In this document: positions 48,189-62,230 of the stretch, piece by piece
Position numbering within the stretch: the first letter of the stretch is position 1
How the letters are laid out: every line of letters begins with the position of its first letter
Assembly: GCA_964016885.1 (NCBI GenBank)
Contig: OZ024742.1
Coordinates: 252,588,001-252,652,000, forward strand
Source: Eledone cirrhosa
Taxonomy: Eukaryota
Direction: 5' to 3'
Length of the DNA stretch: 64,000 bases
Made by a program: the position numbers and the translations under genes
The notes under the pieces: generated by a model
The model's database searches: none
Seen by the model: the letters and a program-made list of their open reading frames with translations, nothing else
Told to the model about the DNA's origin: nothing

Positions 48189-50400
48189 ACCGTGATATTG
48201 TCGGGGAGAAGTGTGTACTTAATGATGATGGCATACTTGCCATCACTGACGCTGATAAGAAGGTAGCTTGGAAGTGTCACTACGAAAGGCTTCTAAATGA
48301 GGAGAACAAATGGGAGAAAGACAGTCTCCCCCACATCGACCCAATAGAGGGACCAGCAGTGTTAGTCGAAGGTAGTATAATAAGTAAGGCAATCAAAGAT
48401 ATGAAGACGGGTAAGGCGTCTGGACCTTCGTAAATAGTTGCTGAGATGCTGAAAGCCTCTGGAACGGTGGGACACACCATGGTCACCCGGATAGTAAACC
48501 AAGTCATACAGAATGGGGTTGTTCCGAAGGACTGGCATAGCAGCATCATCATTAACTGTTACAAGGGTAAAGGAGATGCCCTAGATAGGTGTAACTATAG
48601 AGGCATTAAATTAATCGACCAGGTCATGAAGGTCACGGTAAAAGTAATAGCGCAACTAATCAGAGAGAGAATTGATCTAGATGAAATGCAGTTCGGGTTT
48701 GTGTCAGGCAAAAGTACCACAGACGCTCTTTTCATTGTACGACAACTACAGGAGAAGTACCTAGCTAAAAGTAAACCCCTATACTTAGCTTTTGTTGACT
48801 TGGAGAAAGCCTTCGACAGAGTCCCCCGTTCCATTATCTGGTGGGCTCTTAGAAAACTAGATGTTGACGAATGGCTTGTGAGAGCTATACAAGCCATGTA
48901 TAAAGAAACAGTCAGCAAGGTTAGAATTAACAACGAATATAGTGAAGAGTTTAGCGTAAAAGTTGGTGTCCATCAGGGCTCTGTTCTTAGCCACCTACTA
49001 TTTATTATTGCCCTTCAGGCTATAACAGAGGAGTTCAAGACCGGCTGCCCATGGGAACTCCTATACGCACATGATCTAACGCTCATAGCTGAATCAATGA
49101 CCGAGCTAGAGAAGAAATTCCAAACATGGAAGCACGGCCTAGAATCAAAAGGCCTTAAAATTAACCTGGCTAAGACTAAAGTTCTAGTTTGTAGGAAAGA
49201 AAATAAGGCGGCGGTCCCTTCCGGGAAATGGCCATGCTCAGTGTGTAGGAAAGGCGTAGGTAGAAACTCCATTTTATGTCCCAAATGCAAAGTATGGGTG
49301 CATAAAAGATGTAGTGGGATCACAGGTAAGCTAACTAAGAACATAGATTTTACATGTGGCCGGTGCTCTGGTGCAATAAGTAGCAGCAAGTGCCCACAAA
49401 AATACTAGCTCTTTCAATTGTGCAGAGGGTTCTATAGAAATAGTGGACAGCTTCCGTTACCTGGGTGACAAAATCAGCAGTGGGAGAGGGTGCTCTGAAA
49501 GTACAGTAGCTAGAGTCAGAACTGGATGGAAAAAGTTCAGAGAGCTTATACCACTATTAGCTGCTAAAGGGTTCTCCCTAAAAATGAAAGGCAGGTTATA
49601 TGATGCCTGCATACGAACAGCAATGCTGCATGGCAGTGAGACCTGGGCATTGTGTGCAGAGGATATACGCAGACTAGAGAGGAACGAAGCTTGCATGCTC
49701 CGCTGGATGTGTAATAGTAATATACGTGAATGGCTAAGCATAAACGAACTAAGGAAAAAATTAGAAATAAGAGGGATCAGATGTTGTTTACTCGAGAGAA
49801 GGCTACGTTGGTATGGTCACGTGATGCGCATGAAAGACGATAGCTGTATAACAAAGTGCAGGGCAATAAAGATAGACGGTAGCCACGGAGTAGGCAGACC
49901 CAGAAAAACCTGGGGCGACATGATAAATTCCGACCTCACACGCTTACACCTCTCCAAGACAATGTCACTGGACCGAGACCTTTGGCGGTACTCAGTAATA
50001 GAGAAGACCCGCCTTACCTAAATACAAAGTAAAACCTACTACAGTCAGTAGGCATCTCTAACAAAACACCCCCCCGTCCCACCACCCCCACCCCATCCAC
50101 ACCGCCCCTTTCAATGTAAAGTTATGTTGGTGCCACAACATCCATGCCGAAACAAATGCGATCGTGTAGGTGTCACGACAAAAAACACACAGTCCACGCT
50201 GTAATGTGTAGGTAACACAGTAAAAACCTCCCAGTTCCACACTGTAAATGTGGTTGGTGTTGGGAGGGCATCCAGCTGTAGAAAACCCGCCAGACAGTCC
50301 TATGCGAGCAAGACAATCACTCTTGCCTCAAGTGGGAAAACCCCGTCCAAACCCATGCAAGCGTGGAACACGGACGTTAAACGTTGATGATGATGATGAT
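48189..50400 (+). mobile_element. 5'-truncated RTE-PHD LINE, inactivated
   Basis: Stop at 48431-48433, YADD changed to YAHD, frameshift near 49400. PHD at 49235-49366; (GAT)n tail; preceded by (TA)n. Confidence 0.95.
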
Positions 50401-50689
50401 GTATGTATGTACAGTAGGCTTCCTTACAATTTCTGTCTCCCAAATTTCAATCATTCCTTACAATTTCTGTCTCCCAAATTTCAATTTAGACATTGCTCAA
50501 TCCAAAGCTACAGTAGAGGACACTTGCCCAAAGGGCCACACATTGGGACTGAACCTGAAACCATGTGGTTGTGAAGCAAACTCCTTAACAATGCAGCCAC
50601 AGATGTGTCTAATATTTACATTGCTTTTTTTATTTTTATACATATGAATTTTTTTTACTCAATATTTTTCTCTAATAGTTTCTTAACCT

Positions 50690-51262
50690 TCCCACTGGCA
50701 GTGGTAGCTCTACTGGTAAGCAAGGTATTCTCTCTGAGTAAAAGGTAGATTGTATGATGTTTGTGTATGCAATGTGATGTTATATGGTAGTGAGACATTG
50801 GTATTGAATGTAGAGGGTGTTTAAAAGGTAGATTGTATGATATTTATATGTGTAGTGCGATGTTACATGGTCGTGAGACATGGGTATTGAATGTAGAGGA
50901 TGTAAGAAAGCAAGAAAGAAATGATGTGAGGTTGCTCCATTTAATGTGCATAAATAATGAAGCACAGATGAACTGAAAGAAAAACATTGGGTATAACAGG
51001 AATTAGGTTTTGTGTGCAAGAGAAAAGAATGTACTGGTATGGACATGTAATGTGTATAGTTGATGATTATTGGGTGAAGAAGTCTCATTGGAAGTGGAAG
51101 ACCCAAGAAAAACCTGCATAGAAGTGGTGAGGACTTATCTCAAAATGTTGAACCTCACTGAGGAGATGATGAAGTAATGCAACCAGTGCTGTAGAGGACT
51201 CACTCAACCTATGCAAGTATGGAAAAATGGATGTAACAATGATAATGATGATGATGATAATG
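50690..51262 (+). mobile_element. Old RTE 3' fragment with an internal duplication
   Basis: KGRLYD...LYGSET twice, WYGHV and a (GAT)n tail. Confidence 0.7.
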
Positions 51263-51515
51263 AATGGAACTTGATCTACCTGTATATATTGCATATATAC
51301 ATAGGTAAATAATACATAAACCTCCTTGCATTCACTGGTGAATTAAACTTATTCTGTCAATGTATGTATCATATATTTAATGGTGAATCAAACTTGATCT
51401 ATGAGTGTGTGTGTTATGTATTCACTGGTGGATCAAACTTTATCTATCAATGTATGTGTCATATATTTACTGGGGAATCAAGCTTGATTTTTATCATTAT
51501 ATCATATATTCACAG

Positions 51516-51735
51516 ATCGATCAAAAGAATGATTTTTTACTCTGTCATGAAACCAAGTCTAAATGAAAAAGGTGAGAAAGAGATGGACATTCTATCCCCA
51601 TCACAGGCTTTACAGATTGCTGGTCGAGCTGGCCGTTACAATACAATTTATGAAGAAGGTGAAGTGACTACATTCAAGCATGAAGATTTAACTGTTCTGA
51701 AAGACATAACTAGTAGGATTATTGAGCCAATTGAG
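51516..51735 (+). CDS. SUPV3L1: SUV3 exon 11 (motif VI)
   Basis: SIKRMIFYSVMKPSLNEKGEKEMDILSPSQALQIAGRAGRY...IEPIE; AG/GT flanks. Confidence 0.97.
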
Positions 51736-52510
51736 GTAAATGCATTTGGTCCCAATATCTTTTATCGTCATCAACATAAGTAGTAATATAAAAAAAAATA
51801 AAACATAAAACCGTATCACACCTAGTGTAAAGAAGAAAACTAACCCCTACACCACCATTCTTTTACTGAGTTTTCTCATCATCATTATATGTCTGCTGTT
51901 TCATACTTACATAGGTTGGAAAAGTTTTTTCAGTACTGCATCTCTCCTCCACTTGATGTGATCTCTCGTCATCTCCTCTCTGAGCTTCAGCAATTTGAGA
52001 TCTGTTCTCACCTCCTCTGCCTAAGGTCTTCCATTGTCTTCTTCTACTGCAGCTTCCTTCGAATGGGATTTTTTTCACACAGTGATCATCATTACCTCAA
52101 TTACCTTATCTACCTATTTTTTTGCTAACAAAATACCTACTTCACCCAACCCATAGCTGTTTCCTACCCAGAAAGAATTGTAGCATTGTTCTTTGCCTAT
52201 GAGGAGTGAAGTTATGCTCCTCTCCACCTAGTCTCTTGTACACAACATACATCTACTTCCTTTCAACTTTTTATATCAGACCATGCAGTTTTCTATTTGA
52301 TATTCACACTGATACTTTCACAATTTCTTGATCATATTTCTAATAAAAATACTCTGTTTACTAGAATTTTTTTCAACATGCTGATGCATGTGTGAGTATA
52401 GTATTGTAAGCGCGCAAACACAGACTCACAAAAATAAGTCCCTCAAATATATATTTAGATTATACACAGAAGAGTAGTGAATGTTAGATGCTGTTTTCTG
52501 TAATTTGTCA

Positions 52511-55500
52511 TCATCTCTAGTGTGTGACGCCATCGCTCCTTCCTACCTCAGTCGTCTCTAGTGTGTGACGCCATCGCTCCTTCCTACCTCAGTCGTCTCT
52601 AGTGTGTGACGCCATCACTCTTTCCTTCCTCAGTCATCTCTATTGTGTGACGTTATCACTCCTTCCTACCTCAATCATCTCTAGTGTGTAATGTCATCAC
52701 TACTTCCTTCCTCAGTCATCTCTCTAGTGTGTGACGCCATCACTCCTTCCTACCTCAATCATCTCTAGTGTGTGACGCCATCACTCCTTCCTACCTCAGT
52801 CATCTCTAGTGTGTGACGTCATCACTCCTTCCTACCTCAGTCACCTCTAGTGTGTGACGTCATCACTCCTTCCTTCCTCAGTCATCTCTCTAGTGTGTGA
52901 GGCCATCACTCCTTCCTACCTCAATCATCTCTAGTGTGTGACGTCATCACTCCTTCATACCTCAGTCACCTCTAGTGTGTGACGTCATCACTCCTTCCTA
53001 CCTCAGTCACCTCTAGTGTGTGACGTCATCACTCCTTCCTACCTCAGTCATCTCTAGTGTGTGACGTCATCACTCCTTCCTACCTCAGTCACCTCTAGTG
53101 TGTGACGCCATCACTCCTTCCTACCTCAGTCACCTCTAGTGTGTGACGTCATCACTCCTTCCTTCCTCAGTCATCTCTCTAGTGTGTGAGGCCATCACTC
53201 CTTCCTCAATCACCTCTAGTGTGTGACGCCATCACTCCTTCTTTCCTCAGTCATCTCTAGTGTGTGACGTCATCACTTCCTTCCTCAGTCATCTCTAGTG
53301 TGTGGTGTCATCACTCCTTCCTTCCTCAGTCATCTCTAGTGTGTGACATCATCACTCCTTCCTACCTCAATCATCTCTAGTGTGTGACGCCATCACTCCT
53401 TCCTATTTCAATCACCTCTAGTGTGTGACGCCATCACTCCTTCTTTCCTCAGTCATCTCTAGTGTGTGACATCATCACTCCTTCCTACCTCAATCATCTC
53501 TAGTGTGTGACGCCATCACTCCTTCCTTCCTCAGTCATCTCTAGTGTGTGACGCCATCACTCCTTCCTTCCTCAGTCATCTCTAGTGGGTGACGTCATCA
53601 CTCCTTCCTACCTCAATCATCTCTAGTGTGTGACTCCATCACTCCTTCCTACCTCAATCATCTCTAGTGTGTGACGTCATCACTCCTTCCTTCCTCAGTC
53701 ATCTCTAGTGTGTGACGCCATCACTCCTTCCTTCCTCAGTCATCTCTAGTGTGTGACGTCCTCACTCCTTTCTTCCTCAGTCATCTCTCTAGTGTGTGAC
53801 ACCATCACTCCTTCCTAACTCAATCATCTCTAGTGTGTGACGTCATCACCTCTTCCTTCCTCAGTCATCTCTAGTGTGTGACGCCATCACTCCTTCCTAC
53901 CTCAATCATCTCTAGTGTGTGATGCCATCACTCCTTCCTTCCTCAGTCATCTCTAGTGTGTGACGTCATCACTCCTTCTTTCCTCAGTCATCTCTCTAGT
54001 GTGTGACGCCATCACTCCTTCCTACCTCAATCATCTCTAGTGTGTGACGCCATCACTCCTTCCTTCCTCAGTCATCTCTAGTGTGTGATGTCATCACTCC
54101 TTCTTTCCTCAGTCATCTCTCTAGTGTGTGACGCCATCACTCCTTCCTACCTCAATCATCTCTAGTGTGTGACGTCATCACTCCTTCCTTCCTCAGTCAT
54201 CTCTAGTGTGTGACGCCATCACTCCTTCCTTCCTCACTCATCTCTAGTGTGTGACGTCATCACTCCTTCCTTCCTCAGTCATCTCTCTAGTGTGTGACGC
54301 CATCACTCCTTCCTAACTCAATCATCTCTAGTGTGTGACGTCATCACCCCTTCCTTCCTCAGTCATCTCTAGTGTGTAACGCAATCACTCCTTCCTACCT
54401 CAATCATCTCTAGTGTGTGACGCCATCACTCCTTCCTTCCTCAGTCATCTCTAGTGTGTAACGTCATCACTCCTTCTTTCCTCAGTCATCTCTCTAGTGT
54501 GTGACGCCATCACTCCTTCCTACCTCAATCATCTCTAGTGTGTGACGCCATCACTCCTTCCTTCCTCAGTCATCTCTAGTGTGTGATGTCATCACTCCTT
54601 CTTTCCTCAGTCATCTCTCTAGTGTGTGACGCCATCACTCCTTCCTACCTCAATCATCTCTAGTGTGTGACGTCATCACTCCTTCCTTCCTCAGTCATCT
54701 CTAGTGTGTGATGTCATCACTCCTTCTTTCCTCAGTCATCTCTCTAGTGTGTGACGCCATCACTCCTTCCTTCCTCAGTCATCTCTAGTGTGTGACGCCA
54801 TCACTCCTTCCTTCCTCAGTCATCTCTAGTGTGTGACGCCATCACTCCTTCTTTCCTCAGTTGTCTCTAGTGTGTGACGGCATCACTCCTTCCTTCCTCC
54901 CTCAGTCATCTCTAGTGCGTGACGCCATCACTCCTTCCTTCCTCAGTCACCTCTAGTGTGTGACGTCATCACTCATTCCTACCTCAGTCATCTCTAGTGT
55001 GTGGCGTCATCACTTCTTCCTCAGTCATCTCTAGTGGGTGACGTCATCACTCCCTCCTTCCTCAGTCATCTCTCGTGTGTGACGTCATCACTCATTCCTA
55101 ACTCAATCATCTCTAGTGTGTGACGCCATCACTCCTTCCTTCCTCAGTCACCTCTAGTGTGTGACGCCATCACTCCTTCCTTCCTCAGTCATCTCTAGTG
55201 TGTGACGCCATCACTCCTTCCTACCTCAGTCATCTCTAGTGTGTGACGACATCACTCCTTCCTTCCTCAGTCATCTCTAGTGTGTGACGCCATCACTCCT
55301 TCCTTCCTCAGTCATCTCTAGTGTGTGACGCCATCACTCCTTCCTACCTCAGTCATCTCTAGTGTGTAACGTCATCACTCCTTTGAACCTCAGTAACCTC
55401 TAGTCTGTGACGTCATCACTCCTTCCTACCTCAGTCATCTCTCTAGTGTGTGACGCCATAACTCCTTCCTACCTCAGTCATCTCTAGTGTGTGACGCCAT

Positions 55501-56604
55501 AACTCCTTCCTACCTCAGTCATCTCTAGTGTGTGACGCCATCACTCCTTCCTAACTCAATCATCTCTATTGTGTGACGCCATCACTCCTTCCTACCTCAA
55601 TCATCTCTAGTGTGTGACGTCATCACTCCTTCCTTCCTCAGTCATCTCTCTAGTATGTGACGCCATCACTCCTTCCTTCCTCAGTCATCTCTAGTCTGAC
55701 GCCATCACTCCTTCCTTCCTCAATCATCTCTAGTGTGTGACATCATCACTCCATCCTACCTCAGTCATCTCTCTAGTGTGTGACGTCATCACTCCCTCCT
55801 TCCTCAGTCATCTCTAGTGTGTGACGTCATCACTCCTTCCTTCTTCAGTCATATCTAGTGTGTGACGCCATCACTCCTTCCTACCTCAATCATCTCTAGT
55901 GTGTGACGTCATCACTCCTTCCTTACTCAGTCACCTCTAGTGTGTGACGCCATCACTCCTTCCTTCCTCAATCATCTCTAGTGTGTGACACCATCACTCC
56001 TTCCTTCCTCAGTGATCTCTAGTGTGTGACGCCATCACTCCTTCCTTCCTCAATCACCTAGTGTATGACGCCATCACTCCTTCCTACCTCAATCATCTCT
56101 AGTATGTGACGCCGTCACTCCTTCCTACCTCAATCATCTCTAGTGTGTGACGCCATCACTTCTTCCTTCCTCTGTCATCTCTAGCGTGTGGTGTCATCAC
56201 TCCTTCCTACCTCAATCATCTCTAGTGTGTGACGCCATCACTCCTTCCTACCTCAATCATCTCTAGTGTGTGATGCTATCACTCCTTCCTTCCTCTGTCA
56301 TCTCTAGTGTGTGGTGTCATCACTCCTTCTTTCCTCAGTCATCTCTCTAGTGTGTGACGCCATCACTCCTTCCGACCTCAATCATCTCTAGTGTGTGACG
56401 CCATCACTCCTTCCTTCCTCAATCATCTCTAGTGTGTGACGCCATCACTCCTTCCTTCCTCAATCATCTCTAGTGTGTGGCGTCATCACTCCTTCCTTCC
56501 TCAGTCATCTCTAGTGTGTGACGCCATCACTCCTTCCTACCCTAGTCATCTCTAGTGTGTGATGTCATCACTCCTTCCTTCCTCAGTCATCTCTAGTGTG
56601 TGAT
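52511..56604. repeat. 41-bp minisatellite, about 100 copies
   Basis: Unit ctctagtgtgtgacg(c/t)catcactccttcct(a/t)cctca(g/a)tcat, with 43-bp variants. Confidence 0.97.
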
Positions 56605-56945
56605 GGAAGGACAGATGGAAGTCGCTCGAATTTATATATAGATTAATGAATAATTTGGAGGGATTTACTAAAATTAGTAATAATTTCAATATTATAGTAT
56701 TTGAAACATACATAAACTTAACAAAAGGTTCTTATTCTTGCTGTTCTCTTTTTGCTTCTCATTAATTTCATTTAAATGTTATATTCACAATTGTTTAAAT
56801 AACATTACAAATTATTTATAATTCTTACAGAATGAAAATATATACAATTAATTCTCGCTAGGAACCTTATAAATATAATACACAAAAATATATAATCAAA
56901 GTGAGACAAAAAACAATTAATATTTGTATTCTTTTTTCGTTGCAG

Positions 56946-57026
56946 CAAGCTGGTCTCCATCCAACAGCAGATCAGATAGAACTATTTGCTTATCATTTGC
57001 CTAATGCTACACTCTCAAATTTAATG
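56946..57026 (+). CDS. SUPV3L1: SUV3 exon 12
   Basis: ttgcag| [27 protein letters not shown] |gtaagt. Confidence 0.96.
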
Positions 57027-58594
57027 GTAAGTTTTACCTAGAACGTAGAGCAAGTTATGATAGTGATGTAGAATCTTCCGTTGGTTTTGCCAATTAGCAT
57101 TAACTGTATGCTATAGGTCTGATCAGTCAGTTAGGATGAAAATCATAGTAGACAGAAACTGTTGGAAATCTGTTATACATACATATATATATATATACAC
57201 ACACACACATATATATATATATGTACATGTGTGTATGCATGAGCATGCCAATCACTGTAAGCATCATAATCGATACCATTATAAGCTTGCAGTGACTGTT
57301 GATTATGTCACCCATAAATAATATGGCTAGTCATATTGTGGTATGATAAAATGCTAGCAGCATTTACCATTCTTAGGGTAGGTGGAAACGTTTGTGATGG
57401 AGTGAATGGACAGCAGGAAAATCTTCAAAGTAAGAACTCCCATCAACCAAGTGTTTCAACTCTTGATTCCTCCTGATACTTAAGGGAGCTGGGTTCACCC
57501 AGGTCATGGCTCCTTGTTGTCCTCCTGTTTTTTCTCCCCCAGCAGGATATGAACCCTGGACCTTCCAGTGATCTTGTTGCCCATTCCTGTTGTTTACACC
57601 ACTCGACCACGAAAACCATCGGTAAAACTAACATTTCACCTCTATTTAAAGAGCAATCAGAGTTAGTGTCCTGATGTATCCTATATTAGCCTCAGCTGTC
57701 ATTCCTTTTTGACCATAGCCACATTGAGCTTTTCTCAGTTGTCTCTGACAGGCATTTGATCTGTTGCTGTTCTTTTCTGACCTTGATTCCAAGCTGACCA
57801 ACTTAGTATACAGTAAAGGTTGGCTTCAGGAAGGGCATTTAATTGGAGAAAAGTTTGCCAGAAAAGTGATCTTGCCCAACCCATGCAAGTATCGAAAAAT
57901 GGACATAAAAACAATAATGATCATGATATGGATGGTAATATTGTGTATTGCTAGAACTCTGTTATTGGGTTCCAAGAAAAATATACTGGGCTGGAGTTGT
58001 CTGTTACTTTCTCATGAAACACATGAAACATAAAATTTAGGTTTTAGTTATAGCGTTCATTATTTTTTTCTTGGAAAATTACTGCAAATAGAAATTGAAA
58101 CCGTGTTGCAGTTTCCACAAATAAAATATTTTGTCTAAAAGCAAGAAGAGTAGTCGAAAAGGAGTTTGGAGAAATGTTCTATAGTGTAGTAGAAGTATAA
58201 AAATTGATTAAAAAAAAGACAGAAGTGAAATTTTCTCTTATTTATATTAACACAAAAAAATTCTAATCATTTTTTTTTTTCTCTTAAAATCTGAAAATAT
58301 AATAAATATATGATGAAATTCAGTTCCTCATATTACAGCTCATATAATTTTACAGAATCAAAAAATATTTGGATATTATGAAATATTTTATTAAATAAAA
58401 CAAACAAATTGAAACTCACACTATTTATTTAAAGTATCTATTTATTTGTAAAGCAATGGTTTTGATTATATTTTTTAAAATTTTAAGATTTTATTTCTGT
58501 TTTACTATGTGTATTAACATTTTTCCTGTTGCTTTTTAGTTTTTTATAATATTTACAATAATTTATATTATATATCATTATCATTTAACATTGT

Positions 58595-61500
58595 AGAAAT
58601 GCTTGAACGTAAGGAGGTCGATGTTTGTTGTATTCAAGAGACCAGGTGGAGGGGTGGGTCTGCTAGATTCATCGTGAGTAAAGAACGATGCTATAAGCTT
58701 TTCTGGGTGGGAAATAACAATGGGCTGGGTGGAGTAGGAATCATGGTAGCAGAAAAGTGGGCAGATAAGATAATAGACGTAAATAGAGTGAACGACAGAA
58801 TAATTAAAATAAGACTTGTCCTCAATAGATCTACGGTGACAGTAATATCTGCGTACGCACTCCAATCCGGACTGCCCGCCACTATAAAAGACAGATTCTA
58901 TGAGACACTGATGCTCACTACCTCCCAAATAACCGACAGTGACTATATAATTATTGCAGGCGACCTAAATGGTCACGTTGGACAACATTGTGACGGCTAT
59001 GACGGAATCCATGGAGGCTATGGGTTTGGTACTAGAAATGAGGAAGGCTCCAGAATCCTGGAATTCTGTGACGCAAATAACCTAACTATCTGTAACACTA
59101 ACTTCAAAAAACGAGACAATCACTTGATCACCTATAGATCGGGGGAACACGCAAGCCAGGTAGATTATATCCTTACCAGGAGACGTGACAGAATGTCTGT
59201 TGTAAACACTAAATCCCTCCCCCATGATGAATGCACGTCTCAACATAGACTCATAATTAGCGACCTCATAGTCAGGACGAGATGTATTTGACAACAGAAG
59301 AAGACTATCCTCAGGAGAAAAATATGGAAATTAAAGGACCCCACAGCCAGTCATAAATTTAAAAGCATATTACTTGATGCTTTTGATAGTAAGGAATAGC
59401 AATTAGAGTCGTACAACATAGAGGAACAGTGGGAATTCCTGAAAGCTAACCTGCTGAAGGCGACAGATGAAACCTGTGGCTGGAGCAGGCCTATAGGCAG
59501 GAGGAGAGTAACTTGGTGGTGGAACAGTAAGGTGGAGAGGTCAATCAAGGCCAAAAAGCAGGCTTGGAAAGCATGGCGGGATGGGGGAAGTAGAGAAGAC
59601 TATCAAGTGGCCAGGAGGGAAACTAGGAGACAAGTGTACTTCGCAAGAAGGGAAGCAGAGGAAAGAAAGTTCAAGCATGTTCTACAACGTGAGGACCAAA
59701 AACGTGAGGTGTTCAGGATTGCTAGGCAATGTGTCAAGGAAAACAGTGATATTGTCGGGGAGAAGTGTGTCCTACATGATGATGGTGTACTTGCCATCAC
59801 TGACACTGATAAGAAGGTAGCTTGGAAGTGTCACTACGAAAGGCTACTAAATGAGGAGAATAATTGGGAGAAAGACAGTCTCCCCCACATCGACCCAATA
59901 GAGGGACCAGCAGTGTACTTCGCAAGAAGGGAAGCAGAGGAAAGAAAGTTCAAGCATGTTCTACAACATGAGGACCAAAAACGTGATTGCTAGGCAATGT
60001 GTCAAGGAAAACCGTGATATTGTCGGGGAGAAGTGTGTCGTTAATGATGGTGTACTTGTCATCACTGACGCTGATAAGAAAGTAGCTTGGAAGTGTCACT
60101 ATGAAAGGCTACTAAATGAGGAGAATAAATGGGAGAAAGACAGTCTCCCCCACATCGACCCAATAGAGGGACCAGCAGTGCAAGTTGAAGGTAGTATAAT
60201 AAGTAAGGCAATCAAAGACATGAAGACGGGCAAGGCGGTCGGGCCTTCGGAAATAGTTGCCGAAATGCCGAAAGCATCTGGAACGGTGGGACACACTATG
60301 GTCACCCGGATAGTAAACCAAGTCATACAGAATGGGGTCGTTCCGAAGGACTGGCGCAGAAGCATCATCATTAACTGCTACAAGGGTAAAGGTGATGCCC
60401 TAGATAGGGGAAACTATAGAGGCATTAAATTAATTGACCAGGTCATGACGGTCACAGAAAAAGTAATAGCGCAACTAATCAGAGAGCGAATTGATCTAGA
60501 CGAAATGCAGTTCGGGTTTGTGTCAGGTAAAAGTACAATAGACGCTCTTTTCATTGTACGACAACTACAGGAGAAGTACCTAGCTAAAAGTAAACCCCTA
60601 TACTTAGCTTTTGTTGACTTGGAGAAAGCCTTTGACAGAGTACTTCGCTCGATTATCTGGTGGGCCCTTAGAAAACTAGGTGTTGATGAATGGCTTGTGA
60701 GAGCTATACAAGCCATGTATAAAGAAACAGTCAGCAAGGTTAGAATTAACAACGAATATAGTGAAGAGTTTAGCGTAAAAGTTGGTGTTCATCAGGGCTC
60801 CGTCCTTAGCCCCCTACTATTTATTATTGCCCTTCAGGCTATAACAGAGGAGTTCAAGACCGGCTGCCTATGGGAACTCCTATATGCAGATGATCTAACG
60901 CTCATAGCTGAATCAATGGCTGAACTAGAGAAGAAATTCCAAACATGGAAGCATGGCCTAGAATCAAAAGGCCTTAAAGTTAACTTGTCTAAGACTAAAG
61001 TTCTAGTTTGTAGGAAGGAAAATAGGGCACCGGTCCCATCTGGGAAATGGCCATGCTCAGTGTGTAGGAAAGGAGTAGGTAGAAACTCCATTTTATGTCC
61101 CAAATGCAAAGTATGGGTACATAAAAGATGTAGTGGGATCACAGGTAAGCTAACTAAGAATATAGATTTTATATGTGGCCGGTGCTTTGGTGCAATAAGT
61201 AGCAGCAAGTGCCCACAGAATACTAACTCATTCCATTGCACAGATGGTTCTATAGAAATAGTGGACAGCTTCCGTTACCTGGGTGATAAAATCAGCAGTG
61301 GGGCAGGGTGCTCTGAAAGTACAGTAGCTAGAGTCAGAACGGGATGGAAAAAGTTCAGAGAGCTTATACCACTATTGGCCGCTAAAGGGTTCTCTCTAAA
61401 AATGAAAGGCAGGCTGTATGATACCTGCATACGAACAGCAATGTTACATGGCAGTGAGACCTGGGCATTGTGTGCAGAGGATATACGCAGACTGGAGAGA

Positions 61501-62230
61501 AACGAAGCTTGCATGCTCCGCTGGATGTGTAATAGTAATATACGTGAACAGCAAAGCATAAATGAACTAAGGGAGAAATTAGAAATAAGAGGGATCAGAT
61601 GTTTACTGGAGAGAAGACTACGTTGTTATGGTCACGTGATGCGCATGAAAGACGACAGCTGTATAAAAAAGTGCAGGGCAATAAAAATAGACGGTAGCCA
61701 CGGAGTAGGCAAACCCAGAAAAACCTGGGACGACTTGATAAATTCTGACCTCACACACTTACACCTCTCCAAGACAATGTCACTGGACCGAGATCTTTGG
61801 CGCTACACAGTAATAGAGAAGACCCGCCTTACCTAAGTGCAAAGTGAAACCTACTACAGTCAGTAGGCACCTCTAACAAAATACACCCCCGTTCCACTAC
61901 CCCCACCCCATCCACACCACCCCTTTCAATGTAAAGTTATGTTGGTACCACAACATCCAGCCTGAAACAAATGAGGTCGTGTAGGTGTCACGACAAAAAA
62001 AACACACAGTCCGCGCTGTAATGTGGCCGTGTAGGTAACACGGTAAAAACCTCCCAGTTCCACGCTGTAAATGTGGTTGGTGTTAGGAAGGGCATCCAGC
62101 CGTAGAAAACCCGCCAGACAGTCCTATGCGAGCGAGACAACCACTCTTGCCTCAAGTGGGAAAACTCCCGTCCAAACCCATGCGAGCGTGGAATATGGAC
62201 GTTAAACGAAGATGATGATGATGATGATGA
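58595..62230 (+). mobile_element. Near full-length RTE-PHD LINE (APE endonuclease + RT + internal PHD), disrupted
   Basis: APE motifs CIQETRW, SAYA, AGDLNGH, DYIL and SQHR at 58599-59291. Stops near 59290 and 59398, a 279-bp internal duplication, RT ORF to 61836 with PHD at 61054-61185, and a (GAT)n tail. Confidence 0.95.

Noticed and set aside
52511-56604. CRISPR-like regular array
   Set aside because: Head-to-tail units without unique spacers, no cas genes, and it lies in a eukaryotic intron.
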